Positions 45,890 to 57,576 of a DNA stretch of 64,000 nt are shown here, piece by piece (the first letter of the stretch is position 1; each line of letters opens with the position of its first letter). Source of the stretch: Caecitellus pseudoparvulus (lineage: Eukaryota; Protista; Bigyra: Bicosoecida). The position numbers and the translations under genes are program-made. The notes below the pieces were generated by a model. The model was not told the origin of the DNA and made no database searches. It saw nothing but the letters and a program-made list of their open reading frames with translations. The stretch covers positions 1,302,001-1,366,000 of the forward strand of contig CBFFRQ010000068.1 of NCBI GenBank assembly GCA_965644315.1, in the 5' to 3' direction.

Positions 45890-48184
45890 ATGGACGCACC
45901 AAGGATGTCTGGGTTCCTCCACCACCCGTCAAATTCGGCAGCTGGCTCTCCTGAGCAGTGCGTTCCCCTGGCGTTTCACGTGGCTGCGGTGCCCACTCCA
46001 GCAACCCCGAGAGCTGTGCGCAGGTATCCTGCACACCGTCCTCCGCTTCCTACGAGCTTGGCCGAGTGCCACAGAGTAATCGAGTACCAGAAAGACCAGC
46101 TGGTTGCCTTGCATGCCAAGGTGGATGCTCTGGAGCGTCAAGTGACTTTGGTGCGTGTCAGGCTGCATGCGACATTTCTGCGCGCCGTCCCTTTGGCTGA
46201 CGGAACCTGACGCTGCGCGTGTCGAGCTCGTCATTGCGGCAGGCCGACGGAGCAACCCAAGGCACACAGTTCCGACTCATATGCACAGTATCGTGGTGGT
46301 GCGCCCTATGCCAGCATCACAAGCCCAGGGTCTTCTGAGAGGGCAACCAGCCAGATGCAGGCTCAGCTTCGTCAGCAGGCAGGCATAATCAAGCAGCTCA
46401 CGGAGGAGCGTGCAGGCCTGCTGAAGCAGCTGATAGCGTCAAAGTCTCCAAGTGATGCGTCTGTGACAGATGCCCCTGCTTTGGTAGCACAGCGAGCCGC
46501 TCCACCTCCACCGCTGCGCCCGCTGGGCGCCGGGTCGCCGCCGCCAGGCATGACGGGGGCGGTGGCCACCCCGAAACGAAGGTTTGACTTCTCGGGCGAC
46601 ACTGACTCAAGTACAGACCCTCTGACAGCTTTTGGCCCCCTCCCTGGCGGAACTCCTGCGGCTGAAAGCAAGGCAAGTGCCGGGGAAGAGTGCAAGAGTC
46701 CAAGCACCACCTTGAGCGCGGCCTCCATGGACCCTGCAGTCGCAGCCATGGCAAAGTCGGAGCAGACGAGACAGACCAGATCAGCTGGCACTACCCCTAC
46801 GCAGCACACTGTGCAGATGGCATCTCTGGGTCTGTCCAGCGAGGCTGAAAGCCATGCTGCAGCGGTTGCAGCTGGCTCCGCTCCTGGCCCCCACGATGGT
46901 GTGCGGCGGGCCTTCACCGTCAAGCCAGGCACAACGGCGGCAGCATTCCCTGACCACCCCGCGCTTGTTCCCACCTCTGCAGCTGCTCGAGCTCTTGCTG
47001 CGGGCGAGGATGCTGAGCACGAGCAAGCGTTGGCTCAAGCCTCCTTTGGCGCACACTCCTCTCCCGCCGCGCAACACCAATCTGACCGGCTCATGAGGCT
47101 TCAACGAGAGCGAGACAAAGCTGCATTGAAGACCCAGCAAAGCATCCGACAGATGTACGGTGGCATGCCCATGCACGGCATGGGTGGCGGTGGCAGCTTT
47201 GGCGGGGGAGGCGGCTACGGCATGGGTGGCGGTGGCAGCTTTGGTGGGGGAGGCGGCTACGGCATGGGTGGCGGTGGCAGCTTTGGTGGGGGAGGCGGCT
47301 ACGGCATGGGTGGCGGTGGCAGCTTTGGTGGGGGAGGCGGCTACGGCATGGGTGGGAGCAGCCGCGGTGGGGGTTTCGGAGGTGGCAGCTTTGGGGCACC
47401 TTCTTCCTTTGGAAGCGCGGCTGGGAGCCCAAGTGCTTCGATGCGGGGAGGTGCGAGTGGGTTTGGATCTCCCCGTGGACGTGCGAGTGGTGTTGGCCCA
47501 GGCGGCCCACCTCCAAGCCAACAGCGCCGCCGAAAGTCAGGCCCCGACTTTGATGGCGATGAGCTGCAGAACATCTCTGGCTCTGGGCGGGTGGAGCGGA
47601 ACAAGCCACTGCCGAAGGATGTCTACATTGGCTTGACACGTGCAGACATGGCAGACATGCACTTCTCTGACCGGCCAATCTTCAAGTACCTGAAGGAGGG
47701 CTTTCAAGTGTTCAAGGTGGGGCGGTGGGGCTTTTCCGGGGGAGCGTATCGCATGCTGTGGCTCGATGTGAGCGATCAAGAGCACCCCCAGCTGCGCTGG
47801 AATGCGGGCGGGGAGCGAGATGCCTCGAAGGCCAAGCGCATGGAACTGCGTAGGATTGGAGACTTGTCTGCCGGCATCCACAGTGAAAAGCTTCAGGCGA
47901 GAGGCAAGAGTGCGATGGCAGGCCAGTACATGAGTTTCAAAAGCCAGGATGACAGCGGCAAGGAGGTGTCTCTGGATCTGCGCTTTGACTCAGAAGAGGA
48001 GCGGGACTGGTTTTTCAACCGCTTCAACGAACTGCTGCATGCCTATGCTGAGGTGTTTGGCAAGGTCGGAGCGGGGACTCTCCCTCCTGGAGAAATCAAC
48101 CGGGAGATGGAGTCCTTGGTGGATCGTGTGCAGCCAAGCGGGGCTGCAGGTGGAGTATCTCAAGGTTTCAGCCCCCGGCCTTGA
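45890..48184 (+). CDS. Coiled-coil, Gly-rich, PH-domain protein; 5' end uncertain
   Basis: ORF 46355..48184 ends in a PLC-type PH pattern (FQVFKVGR..RMLWL..LRW..MELRRIGDLSAG..SLDLRFDSEEERDWF). An upstream coiled-coil exon reads LPTSLAECHRVIEYQKDQLVALHAKVDALERQ. Confidence 0.72.
47177..47355 (+). repeat. Coding minisatellite, about 4.3 x 42 bp (GMGGGGSFGGGGGY)
   Basis: GGCATGGGTGGCGGTGGCAGCTTTGG(C/T)GGGGGAGGCGGCTAC occurs four times in tandem. Confidence 0.95.
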
Positions 48185-48329
48185 ATTCATACGGTGCTGC
48201 GAGAAGTGTAAGGAGCTGTCCGGCGAGAGGCACGCTGTGTAAGGCCTCACTGGTTCTGGAACTTGTCAGTGTGAGTCGACAAAACTCCGGAAACTGACGA
48301 TGCCCGGGAAAGTTTAGCACCCTTCAACC

Positions 48330-49084
48330 ATGGCGTCGTTTGAAGTCGCAGTAATCGGCCAGAGTGGGGCAGTGGAGGTTGGCGAGGTACGGCAGGCTGG
48401 ATGTCGCATGCAACACACGCAGAGCTCGGCACACTGAGCTTGGGCTTCTTCACAGACCTGGAAAGTGGAAGCTCAGAGACAAAGCATTTTCCCCCTTTCA
48501 TCAGGTGTGCATGCGCTTATGTATACTAGGGTGTGCCGCTGTGAAGAGCGTCCCTGTGCCACCTCACAGCAGTCGATGGCTCTGCTTCTGGCGCCGTATC
48601 CAAGCTTCGGCTTGTGGGACACGGCACGTTGAGTACAGAGGACATCTCGAGCCGCTTCGAGTCCACAAATGCGCTTTCTGGCATGCTTACAGCCCTGGCG
48701 CTCCAACTCGATGATGCTGTGCTCGGCTCCGCTGCCGCAGAGGGCAGTGGTACAGCAACCCTCCATGGGTGGCACCTGTGCCAGGTCGCCGAAGAAACCT
48801 TATTTCTGCTCATTCTATGCATTACACAAGGTTCGTTGCGTGGTAGAAGCAGCGCTCAACAGTGCACGTTTGTGTTGAAGCCATGCGACGGGCTCCCTGC
48901 GCAAACGCTTTGTGGAATCCAACAGGCGCTGAACGACGCCTTGGGAGCGCTGCCTCCATCGCCCACCCTTCAGGCTGTTCTTGGCAGTGCGCGGGAAGGG
49001 TCTGTAAAAGGCATGCGGCTCGCAGCAAAGGTCGCTCACAGCAAGCCGGCTAGTCCTGTGCGAGTGTCTGCAGCTCCGACATGA
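48330..49084 (+). CDS. Hypothetical small multi-exon protein; exon structure and stop uncertain
   Basis: ACCATGG start (MASFEVAVIGQSGAVEVGE), then GTACGG donor and TTCACAG acceptor; protein-like ORF 48614..49084. Confidence 0.4.
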
Positions 49085-49888
49085 AGTCTGCATATTCCTC
49101 CGCCATGCTCGGGCCAGCCTTGGGGGGCTCTCCATCATGTTTTGCGGCAGGTTTTGCGCTGTCTCCCGCGAGGGGCGCGAACAGCGAGAAGGCCGCTGGC
49201 TTTCTCTGAGAGTCCACGTCCGCAGTGCTTGCGCCGGCACAGGGTGGTGGAGAGGGCGGCTTGGCCAACCTAGGGGCACTTGGGGGTGCCACCACAGCAG
49301 ATTCGTTCACATCTCTTGCACTGGGCGCTGTGAATGCAACCGGCAACGTGGCCTCGGCTTGTGTCCCAGCAGCAGACTCCTGTGCTGTCCGCTTGGCAGC
49401 TTGAGGTGCCAGCCGCTCTGGCCCGGTTCTTCGACGCTTTCTTCGCAAGGAAGCTGGGACCAAACCCGATTGAAGCGCAATAGATGACGCCCTCGCTGCG
49501 GTTGTTCGCTGCGGCTGAGTGGCTGTTTCCTCAGGAGCATCAGCCAAATCTGGGTCGCTGGCGCTGACCGTAGCACCTTGGGCACGCAGTGCCGCTGTCA
49601 GGCGCCCACGGGCGTCCCTCAAAGCTACAAGCTGCGCTCCATTCATCTTGGACACTGCACCACCTGCGTGTCGGATGATACTGCGTACCTGCTCCACCGG
49701 GCAAGGAATCGGTCATGGAAGGTGTGCGCCTGCAGAGCAGTTTCCGCACGCACCTTTCCTCGCAGCATGCCGATGTCTTCATCTTTCGCTTTCTCGGCTC
49801 GCTGCTGCTGTCTAATTTTTCGATTCTTTGCCGCCTCTTTCTTCTTCTGTGCTTTATGCCAGTCCTGCATCGGGTTCCCCTTCCCCAT
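49050..49888 (-). CDS. WBP11: WW domain-binding protein 11-like splicing factor, 2 exons
   Basis: N-terminal NPMQDWHKAQKKKEAAKNRKIRQQQR (Wbp11 domain) and C-terminal EEYADFMSELQTL both fit the conserved WBP11 ends. Confidence 0.75.
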
Positions 49889-50200
49889 GGTGACGACGAG
49901 GCGACAGCAGGAAGGAGTCCAGCAGCTCAGTAGCCTTTGGCTCTTGAAGGGAAGAGCACTGCGGAGAAAACAAGGCCCTGGCTGACGGCAAGATAATTTC
50001 TTGTGCATGGTTATGCTTCATAAATTCTTTTGTAAGAGGAGGACGGCCTGCAACTTGCTTGCAGAGCCAATAGACTGAGCAAACCATTGCACCAGTCACA
50101 GAGCCTTGGCTAAGCGTCAGCGGGCAGACTACTGCATGGAGCTGTTTGCTGATGCGAGAGGTGAGCATATGGTCAATAGAGCAGACTAGGCTTGACGAGA

Positions 50201-51396
50201 CTAGCTGCGCAGCGCTACAGGCTGGCTAGCAGGCACGGAGTGCGACTCGTGGAGGCTGATAGCTGTGGCGCCATGCCGTGGAAGTGAGAACGCTGGAATC
50301 GGATGCACTGGCGCTCTGCTCGCAGCTGGAGCGTGCTGTGCTGCAGGCTGGCCGGGGAAATGGGCAGGCAAAGAGGTGGGAAGCGCGGCGGCGTTGGGAG
50401 GAGCTGCATGAAATGCAGGGAAGCCGTGCGAAGTGTCATGGGTGTGTGAAGACGGTGTACCACTTGCCAGCACAAAGTGTGGGGCATGCCCCATGTTTGT
50501 GGCGTAGTTTGAGTGCAGGTGCGTGCTCCCTGAAGCGGTCGCGCTGGCAGGCAGGAAGGGGGGCTGCACTGCTGGCCCACCCAAGGGACCTGAAGGGCGC
50601 GAGGGAATAGGGATCGCCAATTGCGGCATGCTTTGCAACCCCGAGTTCGCTGCAGGTGCAGATAGCAGGACCCCTGGCGAAGAATGGCTGTAGCTAGGGG
50701 CTAGAGATGCTGGAGGCAGAGGTAGAATTGCCCCCTGCTGCATCAGCTGTAGCAGCTCAGGGTTGTCGAGGAGTGAGAGCAAGGCCTCCCTTGCGCTCCT
50801 CTTGCGTCGGCCTCGGCGCCGCTTCGCTGGCGGAGGCGCTCCGGTCGCTGGAGAAGCACTGGCTTGTTGCTCCACAGCTGAGTGTGGAGCGCTGCTCTTG
50901 GGCTCCCGTGGGGCAAAATACTGAGCTAGAGACTGATTCAACTTTCGCCTCGAGACAAGTTTCTCGAAGAAAGTTATGTGTCTGCGAGGATTTACCGTTT
51001 GTTGAAGCATGCGGGCCAGGCTGCCCTTGGGCACAATGAGCTGCCCAGACTTGACACTGTCAATAAATGAGCTCACCGCATCTCTGCATAGGCGTAAGGG
51101 GGACGGGGAATGCCAATGAAGTGGTTGTCGTGGTAATGCGTTCTCGAGACTCACCGCTCTGGCCCTGACATCTTGCCTTTCACCCTATCTTTGCCTGTGG
51201 GCTCATTTGCCAGCCTCGGGGGCAGGCCTCCTCGTTGAGTGGCCCCTGAAGAGCCATCAGAGGCAACGCTCTTGCACCCTGCAGTGCTTCCATGCAGAGC
51301 TGTAGATGGGTTGGAAGGCAGCATCTGGTCGCTGCTCGTGGTGGTCGCGGGGGTCGACCCAGGCCGCGCGGAGGGCTCGGACCCAGAGGGAGGCAT
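50201..51396 (-). CDS. Hypothetical protein with NLS-like basic patch and Pro/His-rich C-terminus; possible transcription regulator
   Basis: ORFs 51151..51609 and 50201..51154 can be joined by a GTGAGT..ATGCAG intron; contains PPAKRRRGRRKR. Confidence 0.55.
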
Positions 51397-51921
51397 GAAG
51401 CAAGTTCGCGGGTCTGTCGGAGGGGGCAGGCCCAAGTGCGCTCCCTCTGCTGTTTCAGCGACCGCGCTTGTTACTCGGGAACGCTTGCGAGCACTGTGGA
51501 GGAGAAGGTTGCAAGGGAGGTGCTGGTGAAGCCAGGCATGTGAAGTGAAGTGTGCTTGGTAGTTAACCTTGTCTTCACTGTCGGAGAAACACTTTCGGGG
51601 GCTGGGCAAGGCCTACTACGTGCAGCATAGGAGGGGGGCTCTGCACTCACCCATTCGACTTTACCGACTCCGCCTCTAGCTGTGACGTACGCGTTTCGTG
51701 CTGGTGTGACGCACTACCCCATCCACCACATGAGCTCCCGAGCCCATCGACTTGAGGTGCCCGCGATGTTTGTGACCTTTCAACCAGTGCCTCTACAAGC
51801 TGTTCTAGTTGCTGCGGGGGATTTTCGAATGGGGAGAGGAGGTTTGGCGCAGGCGCTGTGCTTACGTGTCGAGTTGGGCGTGGTGGAAGTGGCAGTCAAA
51901 GGCAGTGCCCAAACTGCCAAG

Positions 51922-52254
51922 CTACTGTGTCACATCACTGCACCTCACCTTCATGCGCTGCTTTGCATCGGCAAGCTGGACTCTAAGCTCTTCGTTCTGT
52001 AGGTGCAGCTTGTGGAGGCTGAGCTGCGGGGCTTTGCTGCTGGCCGTCCAGAGCTTCTGCGCCGTGCCGCTCGCGCTGTCCGAGCTGCCAGAGAAGTGAC
52101 TGTCATGCGAAGTGGGCGGTGGCTGCGCCGCCTCTGAGGCTTGTAGCCAGGCATCTGTGGTGGCGTGGCCATCATCAAGTACACATGGCACTTCCAAAGG
52201 TTGGGCGGCGCCGGGCGTGCAGTCCTTGAGCTCGGCGCCGTGCGGGGCCTGCAT
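51922..52254 (-). CDS. Hypothetical protein, probable first exon (3' exons not resolved)
   Basis: ATG-initiated ORF with short coiled coil LHKLHLQNEELRVQLADAKQRMK followed by a GTGAGG donor; lies head-to-head with the RIO kinase. Confidence 0.45.
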   Translation of the reverse strand: MQAPHGAELKDCTPGAAQPLEVPCVLDDGHATTDAWLQASEAAQPPPTSHDSHFSGSSDSASGTAQKLWTASSKAPQLSLHKLHLQNEELRVQLADAKQRMKVRCSDVTQ

Positions 52255-52492
52255 GACTGTCCTGCCTCCACGTCAGCGTCTCAGGCGCACGTGGACGAAA
52301 TGCAAAGCAACTGTCCAGCACAAGAATCTGGGAATTGCAGACCCTTGCTGTGCTAGATTTAATTCTTGATTCCCGGCTGCTCAGTTTCCAGTTGGGTCAG
52401 GTAGTTGGCAAGTGACGAGCTGCGTGGTTCGGTGTGCCGTCCACCTCCGCAAGTACGTGGCGGGAAGATGCCACCCCCCATGGACGACTATT

Positions 52493-52507
52493 GGGGGGGG
52501 GGGGGGG
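52493..52507 (+). promoter_or_regulatory. G15 tract in the divergent hypothetical/RIO intergenic region
   Basis: Homopolymer seen directly; regulatory role inferred only from recurrence. Confidence 0.35.
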
Positions 52508-52661
52508 CAACGGCGGAAGCCTCTCACATCTCACCACAGTCACAGCCCCCCAACTCACATCGCGTACTAGCTCGTTGAGAAGCTGTGTGTGTTTGGAACG
52601 TAGGCACACTTCACCGCCAGCCCAGTCTGGTGCTGGCGAGGCATTCCCCCGTGTACAAGTG

Positions 52662-54829
52662 ATGGCAAGCCTGGCGGCCATCATTGCTGCTCAAGCGGAA
52701 CAAGACCAGCAAGCAGCTCAAGCAGAGACAGAACTGAAGCTGCAGCGGGCCCATGCATCGGTGCTGGAGTCGGGTTCCTCAGAGGAAGCCGACCTCGCAC
52801 TCGCGTTGCTCCTGTCGAAGCAAGAAGCTGAGAAGGAGAGCGGCGTCAGAGTCGCGTCAGCGATACCTCTCCCCTTCGATCATACCTATGCTCCTGCGTC
52901 AACCCCCCGAGATGGTCCCGAGGATGGTGCGTGGTGCTGGTTCCTGCCACCAGCGGACCGAGATCAACCAGAGAACCCGAGACGCTGAGCAGCATGCTCT
53001 TGGTGCCTGGCGTGCTTGTCTTCCCGGACGCCCGCACCCACCCGCACAAGTATTGACAGTAAACACTTTCTTTGCCAACACAGACTATGCGCTGGCTATG
53101 CGCCTGCAGTCTGAGGAAGATGCAGCCGCGTCCCTGTCAAGATCCGCGCCAGCCTCCAAACTCCGCAGCAGGCACCGCCATGAAGTTGTACGGCTGGACA
53201 GCACAGCTTTCGGATGCCCAGCTGGGCAGTGGGATGGTGAGGATCCGGATGACGATGCTGTTGTTGACGCGCAGGTTGAGGAGGAGGAAGCACAGTTCGC
53301 TGCCCTCGTCGGCACAATGGGCCACAGGAGCAGAGGAGCAGGACGCTCGGCTTGGACCACGAAGCATGATGCACGCTTGACGGGAAGGCGGAATGCCCGA
53401 AGGCTGGAGCACCAGCACCCCACTGTGGGGGACTTGACTGGCCGGGGCACCAAGCTCAGCAATCGAGTGGCCGGTGACTTGACAAGGCACTTCAGCAAGC
53501 AAACCCGCAAGGGCGTGGCAAGGTCAGGAAGAGTGGAGGGGGCTACAGTGCAGACCCAGGAGGGTGTCATGGATGGTGAGGCTGTGCCTGCTACCTGCGA
53601 CGAGCTGCCACCGTTTTCTGCACTCCGCACGTGCTGCCTCCGCAGAGCGGACGCGCTTGCTTCTCTTCAAGCTGTGCAACACAGTGTTGGGGGAGGTGCA
53701 CGGCGTTGTTAAGACTGGGAAGGAGAGCTCCGTGTACACCGCAACTGGGTGGGATCCCACGGATGCCACACTCGCCGTGCCGTCCGAGAGCTCCCTCAAG
53801 GAAGGGCCTGTGGGGCCGCGAGCCTCAGGCTTTCCCTCTGCGACAGTGTTGCCTGTGACTGAAGCAGATGCAACATCAAGACCTTTCAGCGTTGCCCCAG
53901 TGGGCCCAGATGCCATGGTGGCCTTGAAAATTTTTAGATCCACATTGAATGAGTTCAAGAACCGCACGGACTATGTCAGTGGTGATCATCGGTACAAGAA
54001 GGCCACGTCTGGCAGGTCTCTGGCGCGGCAAAACCCCCGCAAGGTGGTCAAGTTGTGGGCAGAGAAGGAGTGGGCTAACCTGGTTAGAATGTGGCGTGCA
54101 GGCATTCCCTGTCCCCAGCCCTTGGTCTTGCGCTCACACATTCTTGTCATGTCGTGGCTCGGCGATGCTGACGGGTTCCCCGCCCCACAGCTTCGAGAAG
54201 CGAAGCTGCCATCCACCAAGGCTTGGGCGACTGCGTACACCCAGGTGGTTCGCATCATGATCGGCATGTACCACCGCTGCAAGCTAGTTCATGCTGACCT
54301 GTCAGAGTACAACTTATTGTGGTTTGATCGCCGCGTGTTTGTCATTGACACCGCCCAAGCGGTTGAAGCAACACACCCCAACGCTACGAACTTCCTTGAG
54401 CGTGACGCTGCGAACATCACGAGGTTCTTTGATAGCAAGGGTGTGCAAGTGCTCTCAGCTGCATCGCTTGTTCACTTCATTCAAGGTGCAGGGGAGGGCA
54501 GCGCCGACGGCAGCCAGCACCAGGTTTACCAGTCTGCACAAGGCAAGACGCCGGCCCACCCATCAGCTGGCGCTGGCGAAGCACCTGCACCCGCCACAGC
54601 CGCTGCTGTGTTTGGATCGAAGCATGACCCTGTTGTGCAGCAGCTAAAGGAGCTGATGGAGGCGGGTGTGGTGGACGCGGCGGGGGAAGGCGCGGCCATG
54701 TCGGATCCACCCGACTCAAGTCTTGCGCTGCGGTCAAGCGAGCCCAGTGAAGGTCTTGCTAGCTCTGTGGAAGCAGGAGGATCCAGCTTGCAGGGAACAG
54801 GCGGCGCTGCAGCTCAGGAGGTAGAGTAA
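52662..54829 (+). CDS. RIO-family atypical Ser/Thr kinase, RIOK3-like architecture; multi-exon
   Basis: KTGKESSVY, ALKIFRSTLNEFKNRTDYVSGDHRY, NPRKVVKLWAEKEWANL, LVHADLSEYNLL, IDTAQAVE. Upstream exons carry DLALALLLSKQE, DYALAMRLQSEED and TKHDARLTGRRNARRLE. Confidence 0.92.
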
Positions 54830-54846
54830 TGCACTCCGTCCGCTGC

Positions 54847-57067
54847 TCATGTTGCCCATGGATTCTGGGTCGACCTCAGTCCTGCCTCTGGCTTCTTTCG
54901 CCTGCTCTTGCTCAGCGCTGACGACCTTTCGGTGCCGACGAGCGTCCTCGCTGATGGCGTGGACTTGAGGGCGAACGGACGCGCGTCCCGTTGTGGCTGT
55001 GTTTGGGACAAGGCTGCTTGTGGGGTCGATCGCAGAGGTCGTTGTGTGAGACTCAAAACTGATTTGTTCTGCAGACGGCTGGCATAGGCTGATTCGACAG
55101 CTGCCTGGCGTTTTGCCTGCCTGCGAGAGCCGCTTTGGCTGCGGTGTCTGTGGTGCCCCAGCACTGGACTGCGACGTGCCCATCCACCATGCCTCTTTGC
55201 CACCTTTTGCTTCTGTCGTGTACTCACCTCCTGGCTACTGTCTGGCTGAACTGGTGCGGCCACAAGCGTGAAGGTCGCAGGGGTGCCCTGAATGGAACCC
55301 TTCTGCAGCCCCTGTGAAGTTGCTATAACGTGCCCTCTTGATGCCCGCGGAAATCGGCTGAGGGGTGGTATGTTGACTGCCAGGTCTTTTGCAGGTGCTG
55401 CTGTGCTTGAACCAGAGTGATAGGACCCCGCTCTTCCAGGCCCACCGCCTCGTCCGCCAACGCCTGTGCGCACCGCAGAGCTTCGCTTAGGCGCCTGCCC
55501 TTGCGCAGCCGAGTTGAACGTCACGGTGTTTCCGAAGTCATCACCCTGTGGGGTGGTCACAGGTGTCAAGAAGGGCGAAATGGGGCTCTGAGTGTGCCCA
55601 GGCGGTAGAGCTGAGCTCTTCGCTGGGGCAAGCACCGGGAAAGTGACCACGGAGCCTTGTGGCCTGGCCTCAATACCATCAGCCCCAAGGGCATGACCAT
55701 TTAAAGCACCCGGCATCGCACCGCCTTTGAAAGTGGCAGGTGTCCCAGGCCGCCGTCGTTCGCTATGCACTTGTAAGGTGCCCTCCGAGTGTGCACGCGC
55801 TTCTGCTCGCTGCACGTTGTGCGGTTGGGTTCCAGTTCGCGAGCTTGGCCCTGGTGCCGCCTTCCTCACATCTTTGGAGTTGGATGTTTCTCTTGCAGCT
55901 GCAGGTGTCAGACTGGTTTGCAACTTGCTGAAGGTAGGTGAATGCAGTGGCACCGCATCGGCATCGGGCTCAGAGGCGCCTCGGCCGCGCTGCGAACTCC
56001 ACACTTCCCCCCCAGTCAAGACACTTGAGGGGAGGCGCGTTATTTGTGGGGCGGAGACCGGTCTCGACCTCTCAAGTGCAGCCCTCTGAGCCGGGCTTCG
56101 TGCGGCAGCAGAGCTCTGGTCGGCTGGTGTAGCAGATGCCGGGCGCAAGTAGCCAGGCCCCCTATCTGACAGTGCCTGGGGGCAGACACTTGTTTCCCTT
56201 GCAGCACCGAAAACAGCTTCGTCGGCCCATCGTAGCCTGCGAGTTTGGCGGTGTGCAGCGTGCGTGTCTGCTACTGTGGCGGCTTCCCGGACTCCCCGTC
56301 GCGAGTTCAGGAAGGTGTGAGCAATAAGGCCTTCATCATCGTTTTGCTCCACAGCTGCGAGTTGTTTAGGGATGACAGACGCATCCCACTGTCCAAACCT
56401 TCTCTCATGCCCTACGGCATCTCCAAGCTGCGCTTTTGTCACTCGCTGGAGACTGTTGTTGAGTGCCTGAAGCTGTCTCAACAACCCAGGCTTGAGTTGG
56501 CATCCCCCACGCTTACTTTGGACGAACTCCATGGTCTTCGAGAGAGTCCTGCATGGTATGGGCGTATTTGTGGTGGGTGAGACATGCCTGCGTCCGTGCC
56601 GTGCCTGCTGCGCCTCTCACCATCTGTACTTTAGCATCATGTACATGCATGAGACAAAGACAGCTCGGGAGTTCCCTCGAAACGAGTGTAGCAGTACACC
56701 CTCTCCTGCGATGAGACCCTCTTCAATGAAAGAGAAGACTTCGTCCAAGACGCTGTTGCTTTCATCGAAAACGATGCAGTTGCCAGACTGGGGCCAGCTG
56801 TAGCTAAGGTACCTGATGCCAGCACGCTCCCAGCTGTTTGGGACTTCTCGCGCAGCTGCATTGATGATTCGAGCGACTTTATTGGCCACTATGAATTCCA
56901 AATCCTGGCTAGAGGTGGCATCACCTGCGTGGAGTGCGCAAGACTTGGTCAAAGGGTTGCAGGAGTGTACCACAGGAAACGCCCAACCGGGCCCTTCGAG
57001 CCATTGCTAGGCACGGGAAGCCAGCAGCCTTACCAATGAAGAGCCCATCTTTGATCTTTGCCGTCAT
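54847..57067 (-). CDS. Dual-specificity phosphatase-like protein lacking the catalytic Cys; long disordered tail; 3 exons
   Basis: MTAKIKDGLFIG|DATSSQDLEFIVANKVARIINAA..FSFIEEG..GVLLHSFRGNSRA..YMMLKYRW|TLSKTMEFVQSKR..LKPGLLRQL follows the DSPc fold pattern. Confidence 0.88.
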
Positions 57068-57576
57068 GAAGGAAGATATCCCCAAGGCGCTATTCTCGTG
57101 GCAGCAAGTACGAGGCAGAGCGACTGCCGCGAATGGTGCCTGACAGAGTCACTGCCGTTGGGGACTACCGGTGCTCGCTCCCTCCACATGCAAACAGCAA
57201 AGAGCACGATCCTGTTGGCTTCATCAAGCAGGATAGATGTCAAATGCTGCATTGAGTTGTACCTTTTGTTCCCATTCTGCGCGAGTTTGCGGGAGACGGC
57301 AGATTGAAGCTTCATGGATTGAGCGCCCTGAGCCAAAACAAATGGACTCGAGCTGGCCCACAGAGCATGCCCATGAAGCACTCCATTGGATGCACGGCAC
57401 CCTGCTCGTTTCGTGCGCTCCGCGGCAAGTCCTGAGAAAGCTGACACCACTACGCCGCGGCGGCTTCAGCCTTCCTCTGCCTTTGCACTTCAACGCCTAA
57501 AGCGCGGAGCGCAACCACGGAGTGGCCTTGGTGGGGAGTGAACCCGTACACTCGGAGCTTTCACACGCAGGCAGTA

